A DNA stretch of 63,888 nt, filler included, from Aduncisulcus paluster (taxonomy: Eukaryota): the NCBI GenBank assembly GCA_024181965.1. It is 31 parts of 31 records of this genome, joined end to end, with 100 filler letters (N's around TTAATTAATTAA, not from the genome) between each part and the next. Parts side by side here need not be neighbours in the genome. Positions count along the whole stretch, not along the records: positions 26,930 to 28,025 come from BQXS01007649.1; positions 28,126 to 33,261 come from BQXS01007662.1; positions 33,362 to 34,491 come from BQXS01007667.1; positions 34,592 to 35,653 come from BQXS01007676.1; positions 35,754 to 36,825 come from BQXS01007680.1; positions 36,926 to 38,061 come from BQXS01007693.1; positions 38,162 to 42,923 come from BQXS01007696.1; 24 more parts are not named here. One strand, given 5' to 3'. The notes under the pieces were generated by a model, which did not search any database, was not told the origin of the DNA, and was given only the letters and a program-made list of their open reading frames with translations. Below are positions 26,830 through 38,487 of this stretch, one piece after another; positions within the stretch are counted from its first letter, which is position 1, and each line of letters begins with the position of its first letter. The position numbers and the translations under genes were made by a program.

Positions 26830-26929
26830 NNNNNNNNNNNNNNNNNNNNNNNNNNNNNNNNNNNNNNNNNNNNTTAATTAATTAANNNNNNNNNNNNNNN
26901 NNNNNNNNNNNNNNNNNNNNNNNNNNNNN

Positions 26930-27104
26930 CATCCGTGGGACGCTCCGCCGCCAGCCGCTCCAGCAGCAGCGTGTTCGCCCGCTTGTCACCAGCCGCACCG
27001 AGCGCCTTGGGGTCGTCGAACCCGATCTCGGCACGCACCTGCAACAACAGCTGTCCGGCTTCGTGGGCGAGTTCTGCGGCAAGTGCGGCATCGGAAAGAG
27101 TCAC
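26930..27104 (-). CDS. cysQ: 3'(2'),5'-bisphosphate nucleotidase (5' fragment)
   Basis: [24 protein letters not shown], matching the mycobacterial CysQ N-terminus. Confidence 0.75.
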
Positions 27105-27159
27105 CCGGTCAGTATTACCCGATCAGGATTTGTCACACCCCGTCGGCATACTCGCGCCC

Positions 27160-28022
27160 ATGACCGCAGGCATCCAATACGGAATCGTCCTGACAACGGG
27201 AGATGCCGCCGACGTCGCCGAGCTGGCGCCCCTCGCCGAAGAAGCGGGATGGGATGCGATCTTCGGCTGGGAACCGGTCTGGGGGGTCGACGCCTGGGTC
27301 GCCTTGACCGCCGCGGCCATGCGCACCAGCCGGATCAAGCTCGGCACCATGCTCACTCCCCTGTCGCGCCGCAAACCGTGGGACCTGGCATCGACCACCG
27401 CGACGCTGGATCGACTCTCCGGCGGACGAGTCATCCTGTCCGTGGGAATGGGTGCACTGNNNNNNNNNNNNNNNNNNNNAATTGGCTGGCCTTCGAGCGC
27501 GACCAGGGCCGCAAGACCCGCGCCGAGCTACTCGATGAGGGCCTCGACGTCCTGTTCGGGTTGTGGGAGGGCCAACCCTTCAGCTATCAGGGCAAGCACT
27601 ACCAGGTCACCCCGACAACGCATCTGGTGCCCGATCCCCCGGCCCAGCGACCACGCATCACCACCTGGTGTGTGGGTCTGCTCGGAGCGAATAGATCCAT
27701 GGCTCGCGCCGCCCGCTGCGACGGACTGCTGCCCAACATCGCCACCGCCGACGGACAGTTCGACTTCCATCCACCACTGGACCGCTGGCTCGGGGCCGCG
27801 CGGGAAATTCATTCACTGCGAAGCGAATTGGGGTACGACAACAACTACGACGTGGTATACGAGACAACCACCGACTGGAACGATCTCGAGGTCACCCGCG
27901 AGCAGGTCGCGACCCTGCGCGATGTCGGCTACACCTGGTACCTGGACTCGGACTGGCACACCGAACATCAGAATCCGCTCGGCGCGTTGCGCGCCCGCAT
28001 CGAGAACGGGCCACCGCGCTAG
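27160..28022 (+). CDS. LLM-class flavin-dependent oxidoreductase (N gap inside)
   Basis: AEEAGWD, TSRIKLGTMLTPL, TLDRLSGGRVILSVG, GQPFSYQGKHY. Confidence 0.88.
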
Positions 28023-28782
28023 GCGNNNNNNNNNNNNNNNNNNNNNNNNNNNNNNNNNNNNNNNNNNNNTTAATTAATTAANNNNNNNNNNNNNNNNNNN
28101 NNNNNNNNNNNNNNNNNNNNNNNNNGGATCTTTCACACTCTCACACGAATATTTCACTCATGTATGGCACCATGGATGATGATTTCTGAGGCTATGTGTA
28201 ATATTGGACAATGTCTGTTCAGAGCAGACTGTTCTCTCTTGATGAACGATCTCGATAGATGAAACGGTTTAGCCCCCATTATAATGTGTAATATTTATTG
28301 ATTTGTCATAATTTATTTTCGGCTTCTGCTCAATTTGGTCCAGTAGTGGCTTGGTTTCAGCTTTTCTTTCCTTTTCTTTCCCTTTGGCTTCTTTTGGTGA
28401 TGTGGTATATGTTTATGGGTCTGATGTGAATATTATTCATTTATATCTCCCATTATTATGCAATAAATACAAGTTCGTGGTCACTCTCTTCTTCTTCCTC
28501 TTCGTATTCTTCCGTTTTCAACTTCTTCATAATATCCATGAACAAATTTCTCACTTGGAAGAGATTGAAAACAATCATTTTGATTTCAAATCGAGAAGTC
28601 TCAAACTTTCAGGTGACAATAAAGTGATTTCTCGACAAATCAGGATAGCAATATAAATATTTCCTTTAAATCGAGCTCGTGTTTAATTTTATTAATAATC
28701 TTAAACTTCTTCATTCTAAAAAAATATTGATTTATTGATATATAGCTTCGTTTTGCTTCCCCAATTATTTATACCTTTTATA

Positions 28783-30394
28783 ATGTCAAAATTCCTTCAA
28801 AACATATTTATATTGTATTTTATTATTGTTTTATGTTTTTGTGGCTTTGTTGTCCCGATGGATGATGATTTCATTGAGAATTGTACAATTTGTGATATTT
28901 CGAAACCCTCTCAATTTAGAATTGAATCAGAAGATAAAATTCAAATTAGTTTAACCTTCGACACCAATGAAAGTCCATTTTCTGACATTGATTATAGTCT
29001 AAGCAATTTGTTTGAAATTGAGAATGGCTTTTGTCCTATTGAGCAAGATGGTCATTCTATCAATGATACTGGAGATATCATGCAATATAATGACATTAAT
29101 AGTGATGATTCCGATACAGAAATTGATTTTATAAATATTCTAACCACTTTCACCTTGCCATCAAAGTCCAAAATAATCTGGATATGTTTTCTTGGATTGG
29201 GGAACACAATATTATTGGGAATTTTGTCAATGATTTTTGCAACTTTAGAAGCAATTTTTAAATTTATGATTGAATTATATTGGATCTCTATATTTATCTA
29301 TTGTGGATTTGTATTGTATTGGTTCCCTTTCATCCTGTCCATTTCAGATCTATATCGGGGATGGATATGTTTTGGATGTTTGATATCTGGTCTTCTCTTC
29401 ATTATAGCATTATGTTTGCTCGTTTTCTCCATAACAGATTCTATACGCAGCTCTCATGACTTTCCTGATTTTCCTAATATTAAATTTGAAGTTGAAGCGA
29501 TTGAAGTGGCGATTTCTTTCATCATTTGTGGGATATCCATTGGGCATGGTGTGTTTTATCATCCTATTTTCTATTGCTTTCCAATATTATTGGTACTGGA
29601 TATGTTTTCTTGGATTGGGGAACACAATATTATTGGGAATTTTGTCAATGATTTTTGCAACTTTAGAAGCAATTTTTAAATTTATGATTGAATTATATTG
29701 GATCTCTATATTTATCTATTGTGGATTTGTATTGTATTGGTTCCCTTTCATCCTGTCCATTTCAGATCTATATCGGGGATGGATATGTTTTGGATGTTTG
29801 ATATCTGGTCTTCTCTTCATTATAGCATTATGTTTGCTCGTTTTCTCCATAACAGATTCTATACGCAGCTCTCATGACTTTCCTGATTTTCCTAATATTA
29901 AATTTGAAGTTGAAGCGATTGAAGTGGCGATTTCTTTCATCATTTGTGGGATATCCATTGGGCATGGTGTGTTTTATCATCCTATTTTCTATTGCTTTCC
30001 AATATTATTGGTATTCTTAAACATATTCTTTTCTATGGCTCCCTATTCGCTTACTTTCAGACATTCTGAGAACACCATTGTTGTCAAACGTATTACAAGA
30101 ACTCCAATTTTATTTTCCATCGCTATCGTGTTCCCTTGCATTGTATTGTCTTTGACTGGATATTCAACACTTTCACTCCCTGCTCTTGTGATCGCACCCA
30201 TCTTTGTGGCCTTCTCGTTGATCAACCTCATAGGAAGCTTTAAGAAGCTAAGGATGGTGATCGTTATAAATTTCGTGGTTCTTTTGATCTTCTCGTTGAT
30301 TGTATATCTTGTACAACATTTCGTTTCTTCAATGGTATTGCTATGTTTCATCTTAATAGAGTTAGGATTATTCATTTCTGTATTAGGTAAATGA
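28783..30394 (+). CDS. Eukaryotic multi-pass membrane protein, split by an exact 418-bp tandem duplication
   Basis: Signal peptide, acidic ectodomain and many TM helices. Collapsing 29178-29595/29596-30013 restores one ORF. Confidence 0.6.
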
Positions 30395-30624
30395 ATGAGA
30401 AAATGAAAGCTTTAGAGAGGAATATTGATGAGAGGAATATTGATGAGATTGAGATTGAAAGCCTGAAGATGAAAACTCAAACTATCCTTTTTTCATGATT
30501 GAAAAGGAGATAAATATGATACAGTGGTCGTTGAATTGATCGATTAAAGGTGAATGAACAAGATGAATTCTAAAAATAGATTATTCCTTCCATAATTTCC
30601 AATTTGATCATATTAATGAATTCT

Positions 30625-32175
30625 TTACACATTCATTATAACAGGAGATTCTGGAATAGGTAAAATCTGTCTGATTCCCATTGGATGTTGATCTCTTTCA
30701 AATCCAAATTCAATCTCTAAGTCCGGACTCTCGCTATTTTCCGAATTTTCAAAGAATATTTTAACTGAAATACCTTCCAAGACACTAAAACAGAGTGCCA
30801 ATATGGTTGATGTTAATGCCGCCTTCCAATCTATTTTGGAAAGCCAGGAACCAATAGAAAATACAACTGAGAGGGAGTCTAAAAGAGTAAATAAAGATAT
30901 GAATATCGGATGCCCTAATAATGTTAAATTATGAGATGTTTTTCGGATTATAATAATCGTTTCGACCATTATATTGAGTAACGTATCACAACCAATCACT
31001 ATTAGAGTGGTTTTGACACATGGAGTTGTATTGTGAATGCCATACAGATATATAAACAAACAAACAGAAAATCCAATTGCTTGCGCTATCATAGTTAAAA
31101 AAGGTATCCCAATTGAAGAATTGAATAAAATAATTTCTTCTTCAAAGTTAAAATGTAACAGCACAAAATGGCCTATCGTCAAAGCTATCAGAATGGGTAA
31201 TAAACCAAGAATAATGCACGCAATACTATCTTTGATATACCCCCAAATGAGAAGCATAATGCACACCGCTACAGAATTCAATATCAAACATATCAGAGCA
31301 GCAACCTTTTCATTATCCTCATTATTCAAGCCAAATGCCACAATGAAGATCGAACAAATACATAAAATGCTTGGAAGATAAAGAAACTGTTGATTCAGAA
31401 AAAACCCTGCAAGAGAAGTACAACCACACATAAAAAACCCAATGAAATGCATGAGAACTGAGATAGTCTTCTGATCCATATTGATCATCACAATTATTCC
31501 AATAATTCCATTTAGAATTCCAACTATTAATCCAACAATAGTTAACCATCCTGGACCTGCGATAATCAACCCTTTGATAAACAACGGAATGAAAATTCCA
31601 GACATGAATGAAGAAATATAACCAGAAAAATTCAACACTACCCCCTCACAACAGCAACCAAAAACAAACGGCCAGAAGAGTCCAAAAAAGACAATCCACC
31701 ACAAATCTTCATCAATAAAGAGACAAAAGGATGACTTATATTCACCATTATCACTGGATTCTTTCACAGGAGAATTGACTTGATGACGAGAAATCTGAGT
31801 TGAGTTATAATCGATTGAATTATTTTGATATTTTAACACTTTTGAATGTTCAACGGCAGTAGTATTAGCATCATCAAGTTCATTAATATTGTCATTAATA
31901 TTGTCAATGAAGGGACCAAATTGTCTTTTGTTATTTTCTACGGAGGACTTGAGATTATGTTTTGTTGAATAAGATAGTTTATGAATATTATGATGAAATC
32001 CACCCCTCAAATCATTTTTATCCTGCTGTGACCATGATTCAGGGTGAGTTTTATGAATCCTCTCAGAATAAGCAATATCAGAGGAATTGGCAGTATTGAC
32101 AAGGAGGAAAAACATTAAAATACAAAATAATAATATTCGAAGATGCATTTTATGATATTCTACATTAGGATTCAC
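30625..32175 (-). CDS. Eukaryotic multi-pass membrane protein, unknown function
   Basis: 516-aa ORF with a signal-like N-terminus and about 10 hydrophobic segments. Confidence 0.6.
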   Translation of the reverse strand: MNPNVEYHKMHLRILLFCILMFFLLVNTANSSDIAYSERIHKTHPESWSQQDKNDLRGGFHHNIHKLSYSTKHNLKSSVENNKRQFGPFIDNINDNINELDDANTTAVEHSKVLKYQNNSIDYNSTQISRHQVNSPVKESSDNGEYKSSFCLFIDEDLWWIVFFGLFWPFVFGCCCEGVVLNFSGYISSFMSGIFIPLFIKGLIIAGPGWLTIVGLIVGILNGIIGIIVMINMDQKTISVLMHFIGFFMCGCTSLAGFFLNQQFLYLPSILCICSIFIVAFGLNNEDNEKVAALICLILNSVAVCIMLLIWGYIKDSIACIILGLLPILIALTIGHFVLLHFNFEEEIILFNSSIGIPFLTMIAQAIGFSVCLFIYLYGIHNTTPCVKTTLIVIGCDTLLNIMVETIIIIRKTSHNLTLLGHPIFISLFTLLDSLSVVFSIGSWLSKIDWKAALTSTILALCFSVLEGISVKIFFENSENSESPDLEIEFGFERDQHPMGIRQILPIPESPVIMNV

Positions 32176-32640
32176 ACATAATCGTCTTGTGGAAATAGGA
32201 TAATTATTATGATTTGTGCTGCAGTGAAATAGCGATAAAATGTAAAACGGGATAAATTATAAAAATATGGTCGCAAATATCAATATTTAAATTGAAAATG
32301 ATGACAAAATTGAATCCTGTACTTGTCAGAACTTCTGATAATTTGAAATTATTGAAACAACAGTCTTCAGCCGTCCAACAATATTTCATTGTTTTCGCGA
32401 TAAACTGAGAAATTCAAATATAATTGAGTTTCGAAAAAACAAATTATGCGAAAAGGGATATAATTCTTTTCATTGGTTTTGGTATTGGACATACCGAACG
32501 CTGCGTACGCTCACAGCTTCTCTCAGTATTCACGAAATACTTTGACTGTGATGAGTAATTTTTATTTACATGGTAAAATTTTCTTTGACATTTTCAGGTG
32601 ATGAAAACATTTCTCCCTTAATAACCATAGATTTTGAAAT

Positions 32641-33234
32641 ATGGCAAGTTCTTGCTGTTTTGCTCACCTAATTAGAATGAAACGTCCATATATTGAATCT
32701 TTAATTCAGGCAAGAAAGAGTTGCCGACGTTTTGAAAAACATTCTGATGAATTTCCTGGTAAGAAAGAAGCCATCACAGCCATCTGCCAAGCCGCGAATA
32801 GTGCCCCAAGTGCAGGGAATCTTCAGGCTTATAAGTGTCTTGTGATTCACAAAAAAGAAAGAATCAAGCGATTAGCTCATTATTGTCAAGCATTCGTCCG
32901 AGATGCCGATTTCGTATTGATGTTTTTCTCTGACAGCGCTTCCTCATCTCGTAAATATCGTCACCATGGTGCATTATTTGCGACTCAAGATGCGACGATA
33001 GCTGCAACATATGCCCAATTGGTTGGTGAAGAGTATGGGCTTGGTTCATGTTGGATTGGAATTTTCAATGATGCTATCACCTCCACATTTTCGATTGGTG
33101 ATCTTTCTCCAATTGCATTAATCCCATTTGGGATTAAAGAAGGGAAAAAAACGGGGATTAAACTCCCTGACAGTCCTGTTGAAGGCACTAAGCACCGAAA
33201 AGCTCTTACAGAGGTCTTTGTCATGGATGAATAA
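32641..33234 (+). CDS. Nitroreductase family protein
   Basis: RKSCRRF, APSAGNLQ, DATIAA..QL..GLGSCWIG. Confidence 0.85.
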   Translation: MASSCCFAHLIRMKRPYIESLIQARKSCRRFEKHSDEFPGKKEAITAICQAANSAPSAGNLQAYKCLVIHKKERIKRLAHYCQAFVRDADFVLMFFSDSASSSRKYRHHGALFATQDATIAATYAQLVGEEYGLGSCWIGIFNDAITSTFSIGDLSPIALIPFGIKEGKKTGIKLPDSPVEGTKHRKALTEVFVMDE

Positions 33235-33361
33235 CAAAATCCATATCTATTTCCTTGAATANNNNNNNNNNNNNNNNNNNNNNNNNNNNNNNNNNNNNNN
33301 NNNNNTTAATTAATTAANNNNNNNNNNNNNNNNNNNNNNNNNNNNNNNNNNNNNNNNNNNN

Positions 33362-33624
33362 ACTTGAACTGGCGTTTTATCAGTAAAAACATGGCGTTCA
33401 GCATCACTCTTAGAAGAAATTATGGCCTTAGAATCATCTTTTTCCTTTGAAATTTCATTATCGGACAATAAATCAGACTTTTCCTTTTCATCAGATTCTT
33501 TGGCATTTTCACCATGACTGGCATCACTATCATGGCGTTCAGTTGGTAAATCACCAACAATTTCAAATTCTTCATCATTTTCACCTGTATTGGCGTTTTT
33601 CAATTGGCTTCTTGTTTGTACCAT
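33362..33624 (-). CDS. Gag-like ORF start of retrotransposon family E
   Basis: MVQTRSQ start about 65 bp after the LTR end; identical copy at 60905-61084. Confidence 0.5.
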
Positions 33625-33689
33625 TTTAACAGAAAAATTTTGGCGTCAATTATACAATAAACTTTAGTTTGATAGGATTTTGATCAAAA

Positions 33690-33842
33690 TGTGGCCAAAC
33701 TAACTATAATGCGGTCCAATTTATTAATAAACAGATCTCGAGCGAACCAATCTATTTTTAGAATGTCCCTGAGAATGGTCACCACAATAGTATAATACTA
33801 TCACCTAGTAGGAAATGAAGATAAAAATCATTATTGACCACA
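33690..33842 (-). mobile_element. 5' LTR, family E (153 bp; alternative start gives 97 bp, 33690-33786)
   Basis: Sense TGTGGTCAA...TTGGCCACA termini, ATTCTCA, CTAAAAATAG, AATAAATTGG; second copy at 60687-60839. Confidence 0.65.
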
Positions 33843-33874
33843 ATATGGAAGTCAAAGTCAAGGAACAAATTAAC

Positions 33875-33964
33875 TGTAAGCTAAGCCAAATTTATTTAAA
33901 TAAACGGTTCTATAAATAGGACATCCCTGAGAATGTCTGTAGATAAGGATCAATGTCCGTAACA
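33875..33964 (-). mobile_element. Solo LTR, family A (90 bp) with 5-bp TSD
   Basis: TGT..ACA termini, identical to 36392-36481, flanked by TTAAC at 33870-33874 and 33965-33969. Confidence 0.85.
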
Positions 33965-33999
33965 TTAACTAAAAAAATAATTTGAAGAATATCTTCCAT

Positions 34000-34491
34000 T
34001 TATTCGAGCTCTTCAAATTCCTCTTCTTCATCGAGATCAACAGCTACAGAAGAGGTTTGCATTGTGGCTGACAAATCTGAGCCTTGAGAGATAAGAGTTA
34101 AGCTGGCTCCTGGACAGATACTTTGTGTAAAATTCAAGTAGTTTATAATCTGGCCATTCTGAAATAATTGCACCAAATTTTCCATCGTTCCGAATCTCTT
34201 CAAGAATAATATCCTTTCTATCTGCTTCAGGTAGTCTTCTGTTGCTCTTGACAGTCTTTTTTTCGTACTCATAGTGACACAGTGCATCCAGCAATCTGAC
34301 AGCAATCTTCTTTGAAAGAAACTCAATGGCGGCAGAGTAAACCTTTGAAGTGTCTAAAAATGCTTCAATATTGGTTGAAGTGACTGAGGTTTCTCCAGAA
34401 ATAATCGGGGGGAGAGAAGAAGAGATCATCTCTTTAAGCTCTGAGTATCGACGTTTCGTGGCTTTTAAAACCAACTTAACGTTTCTATTGA
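34000..34491 (-). CDS. Hypothetical, possibly Gag-like ORF (differs by a 1-bp indel from the copy at 60080-60616)
   Basis: Near-identical to 60080-60616 with A7 versus A6 near 34257-34263; LPP..EAFL..KVY weakly resembles the Gag-like motif. Confidence 0.4.
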
Positions 34492-34591
34492 NNNNNNNNN
34501 NNNNNNNNNNNNNNNNNNNNNNNNNNNNNNNNNNNTTAATTAATTAANNNNNNNNNNNNNNNNNNNNNNNNNNNNNNNNNNNNNNNNNNNN

Positions 34592-35653
34592 GCTTCAACT
34601 GTGGACTCCTTTGAAGGTCTTCAACATGCTGTGAACCTCACATCTTTATCCATCTCTGGCACTTCATCTAGTTCTGTGTCCATTGGGAATACTGATCTCG
34701 CATACCTTCCTTTGTCATTAACTGATTTAACTCTTGAGGCTGTCTATCTTGATGCTGATAGTGATTTGTCATCATTTACAGCTCTCACGACACTCTCTTT
34801 GAATGACAACACAGATTATGATATCACTGAGTCTGGTCTTTTCCCATCGCCATCATCTCTCACTTCTTTCAGTGCCAACAACACTTCAATCTCTTTGTTG
34901 TTCCATCTTGTTGCTAGCATGCCCAATCTGACCGATCTTTCTCTGAACAACAATAATATCTCTGATCCTTCCCCATTGTATGCTTTGTCCAGCAGTGGTT
35001 CTTGGAGTAGCCTTGACTTGTCATATAATCATATCTGTGGTGATAATGGTGATACTGCGATTGAAACTTTCCTTGCATCTAAGTTTTCTCTTTCTACTGC
35101 AGATGTGAATGCTAGTGGTCAAGCCTGTATATGTTCCTCTGATGACCTTGGATCGACCCCCCTCGATGTCAACAAGGTCTGTGCTGAGACCAAACCTGGG
35201 TCTAACACATGGTATGTTGTATGTGCCAGTGATTCATACACGTCATACACCGATGCATCAACATTTGCATGCATTTCCCCAGATAATGGTGATGGTACAT
35301 TTGGATGTTCTGGCGGGTGTGAGTATGGGCAAGAGTGCAGATATGACTCAACCTCAACTTCAACATCGTGTCAGCAAGTGATCGTCGATGAGAACTTGCA
35401 TGCCTGTGTTGCTGACATGTTTGTGGATTCTGTTGGCGATCCTGCTTATACACATCGAACAGATTCCACGCCTTCCCTTTTCAGCGTGGCTTCTCTAAAA
35501 ACTCTGGTTTCTGTGGCTATTAACAATCAATATTATCCTCAGATTCAATATAATGATTCATCTCTTCCTATCGATGATTTATCAGGTATTGAGCACCTTG
35601 GTGGGATTAAATTGATTGGTTTCTCCAGTGTTTTTTCTGGTTCTGGCGTATAT
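34592..35653 (+). CDS. Eukaryotic LRR/Cys-rich surface protein (fragment), paralogue of 3126-4871
   Basis: LTDLSLNNNNISDPSPL..LDLSYNHICG shared with the first LRR protein. Confidence 0.75.
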
Positions 35654-35753
35654 NNNNNNNNNNNNNNNNNNNNNNNNNNNNNNNNNNNNNNNNNNNNTTA
35701 ATTAATTAANNNNNNNNNNNNNNNNNNNNNNNNNNNNNNNNNNNNNNNNNNNN

Positions 35754-36180
35754 TTGAATCCAGAAAATCGATCCCCCTTTTAATGTCAATGTATGTGAAA
35801 TGACATTCCTCGAGTCCAAGCCATATAACTTTCTTTTCATGGTCCTTCCTGTTATAAATTGTTACCCCTCTCGTATCCACGATACAGATTGTAACTTTAG
35901 CACACTCCGCTAGCACCAGTATATCATTTGAATCGGCAAAATAATTGGATCCAAGTGCGTCGGTCATATTCCGCTGACCATTCAGATAGGTCATCGTTTT
36001 CACCATAATACCAAGTTTGCGTGCTAGTCCTTTGTGTATTTTACCATTTATATGGCACGTAAATGAAAAATAGAGACATAGACAATCTGTGCCTGGAACA
36101 ACGATATATGCAGGATCAACGTCAAATACACGTTTAAAAGATGCAATAAGTGCTCGACTTGGGCCTAGGTGTATATCCAT
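35754..36180 (-). CDS. OTU-like cysteine protease domain protein (tentative)
   Basis: VPGTDCLCLYFS (Cys loop), FADSNDILVLAECAKVTICIV (variable loop), IWLGLEECHF (His loop). Confidence 0.45.
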
Positions 36181-36391
36181 TGTAATATTTTGCAGGAAAA
36201 ATTCAACATGGTTCCTTACTACTCGGATACCAAAGAATTAACAAGAATGGATTATAATAACAAAGACCCCGGGGGTTCAACGTAATATATTTATTTGGTA
36301 AATGAATAGATTCTATGCAGATCGGACCTGAGTTGAAAGCAATCGTTGACAGTTCAAAGAGAGAGAATAAATGAAGAATTTATTATTCTGT

Positions 36392-36481
36392 TGTAAGCTA
36401 AGCCAAATTTATTTAAATAAACGGTTCTATAAATAGGACATCCCTGAGAATGTCTGTAGATAAGGATCAATGTCCGTAACA
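36392..36481 (-). mobile_element. 3' LTR, family A (90 bp) with polypurine tract
   Basis: Identical to 33875-33964; sense-strand AAGGAAGAAGGAGTAG (36482-36497) immediately precedes TGTTACGG. Confidence 0.85.
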
Positions 36482-36523
36482 CTACTCCTTCTTCCTTGCA
36501 GCTGTGCTGTGAAATTATAAAAT

Positions 36524-36597
36524 TAGACGGACAGGGATTCGAACCCCGATCCACTAGGCAGTACACCGGCGTACTACCAATTGAGCTATCCTATGCC
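36524..36597 (-). ncRNA. Degenerate tRNA-like Pol III unit inside element A
   Basis: A-box TAGCTCAATTGG, B-box GGTTCGAATCC in a CGGGG/CCCTG T-stem, TTTT after it; acceptor and anticodon stems poorly paired. Confidence 0.7.
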
Positions 36598-37216
36598 TTT
36601 TCTATATTTTTCTATATTTTATATAAGCCTTTTTGCTCCTCTTGACCTTCCTCCTTACGGCACATGTATACCTCATTTTTCTACTATGAATTTATAAATA
36701 TGTATGTTGGAATATATACCATCATAATTGTATGTTATTTATGTGGATAACGTCTTCTAACTTCTGTGAGATTATCTCTCTTGATAAGACGGGTATTAAA
36801 TTTTTAATTTAATATTTAGCATACANNNNNNNNNNNNNNNNNNNNNNNNNNNNNNNNNNNNNNNNNNNNTTAATTAATTAANNNNNNNNNNNNNNNNNNN
36901 NNNNNNNNNNNNNNNNNNNNNNNNNGTTGCACCACTTGTAGTTTGAACTGTAGCTGGCATTTGTACAATAATATTATTGTTAGCTGTTCTACAGAATTTA
37001 TGCTTGGAGCAAATTTACTATTTTGAAATAAAATATAAATTCCCAGTTTTTGGATTTGAAACCAAACCGGAACCAAAAAATAAAACATTCTTAATCCTTT
37101 AATATAATAAGATGATAACTTCAAAATAATAAATAATAATAATAGTTTCTGTCAATAATAAATAAACAACATTGTAATACCATCATACTAACAATATCAG
37201 ACATTTGCCAAACAAC

Positions 37217-37425
37217 TGGTTATTTCCATGGAAGTAGAGATAGTCGTTCAACTGCAATAATTTCTTCTGACATAGTAAATACAAGGGAGTTGGTGTTGGC
37301 GGCGGCAGGGCACGGCCGGACCGGTGATGATCCGGAAATCAAAGAATATAATAAATTGTGTTACCGTTGGAATTGCCCATAGTATATAAACGTTGTTTTT
37401 ATTTAATGGAAGTCGAGAACAACCA
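37217..37425 (+). mobile_element. Possible 5' LTR, family G (start uncertain)
   Basis: TGGTTATT...AACAACCA termini and AATAAATTG; followed by the palindrome ATAAAATGCATTTTAT and an open hydrophilic ORF. Single copy only. Confidence 0.4.
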
Positions 37426-37429
37426 TAAA

Positions 37430-38061
37430 ATGCATTTTATCAGTTCTAAACATGATCAAAAATCCGAACTTGAAACCGCCAAGAATCCTATGTCCCTAAC
37501 CGTTATTGAAAGGAATGGAAAGTTGTTATTGGATGATGAGGCCCATGAGCCCAAGGATAAGGTCGCAGGAGATCTTGAATTAACTGCTAAGCCAGTTGTA
37601 CAAGTCCCAGACAAGGGCGAGGTCCCAGGTGATCTCTCAGGAGCTTCTCACGGAAGAATAGCAAGGAGAAATTGTAAGCCTTGTTCTTCTATTGGAGTTC
37701 CTGATGTGCTTCACACCATGCCCACCCGGAAGGGGAATGTGGCACCAGGTCACCCAGAAACTCCAAGCAGTTCTACTATGGTAATTAAGAGGCCAGGAAC
37801 CTCTCATGAATGGAGTGTGTGCTCGGTCACAAAGAAGATGTCACACAAGAAGAAGTCTCCAGAGAAGAGACGGAGCAAGGAAGCTGCAAGGGCTAAACCT
37901 TCTTCCCAAGAGAAGAAACATGATCTCGAAGACTCAAAGTCTGAGAAAACTGCCAAGCACAGTAAAGATGAGTCTCAAAGTGATTCATTTGAAATGGAGT
38001 CAGAGCCCAAGGGGTCTGAGAGAGTGAAGGAGGCTGAAACCCAGATGGCGGTAGATAAGCC
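37430..38061 (+). CDS. Hydrophilic ORF, possibly the low-complexity N-terminus of a Gag (partial)
   Basis: Open to the scaffold end, K/E/S-rich, directly after the LTR-like sequence and palindrome. Confidence 0.35.
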
Positions 38062-38487
38062 NNNNNNNNNNNNNNNNNNNNNNNNNNNNNNNNNNNNNNN
38101 NNNNNTTAATTAATTAANNNNNNNNNNNNNNNNNNNNNNNNNNNNNNNNNNNNNNNNNNNNTAATAATAAAATAGAAATAATATTAATAAAACAAAATAA
38201 TAAATAATAATATGTTAGAGATTCACGAAAACAAGATGGTCACCACAAAATATTGAAAATATTGTATGTCATAATTTTTCGTTAGTTAGATATTAACTTC
38301 TTGTCAATCCATAATCACCCTGTTTTATTCACTGGTTCTCTCGCTGGCTGTTCTTTTTTGTTCTTGTCGTCATTTCCTCCTTGAAACTCACTTCATGTTC
38401 GATGATTGTGGTGACATTCTTTGTTTAAATTATCATATTATCGTTTTATTATTGTTCGTGTTCTCATCATAGACATTTTAGAACATC

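Noticed and set aside
29178-30013. Exact 418-bp tandem duplication in a membrane protein gene
   Set aside because: Identical copies that break the frame; collapsing them restores one ORF, so probably a gap-closing artefact.
36524-36597. Functional tRNA genes here and at 62266-62341
   Set aside because: Acceptor stems do not pair and no canonical anticodon arm can be drawn.
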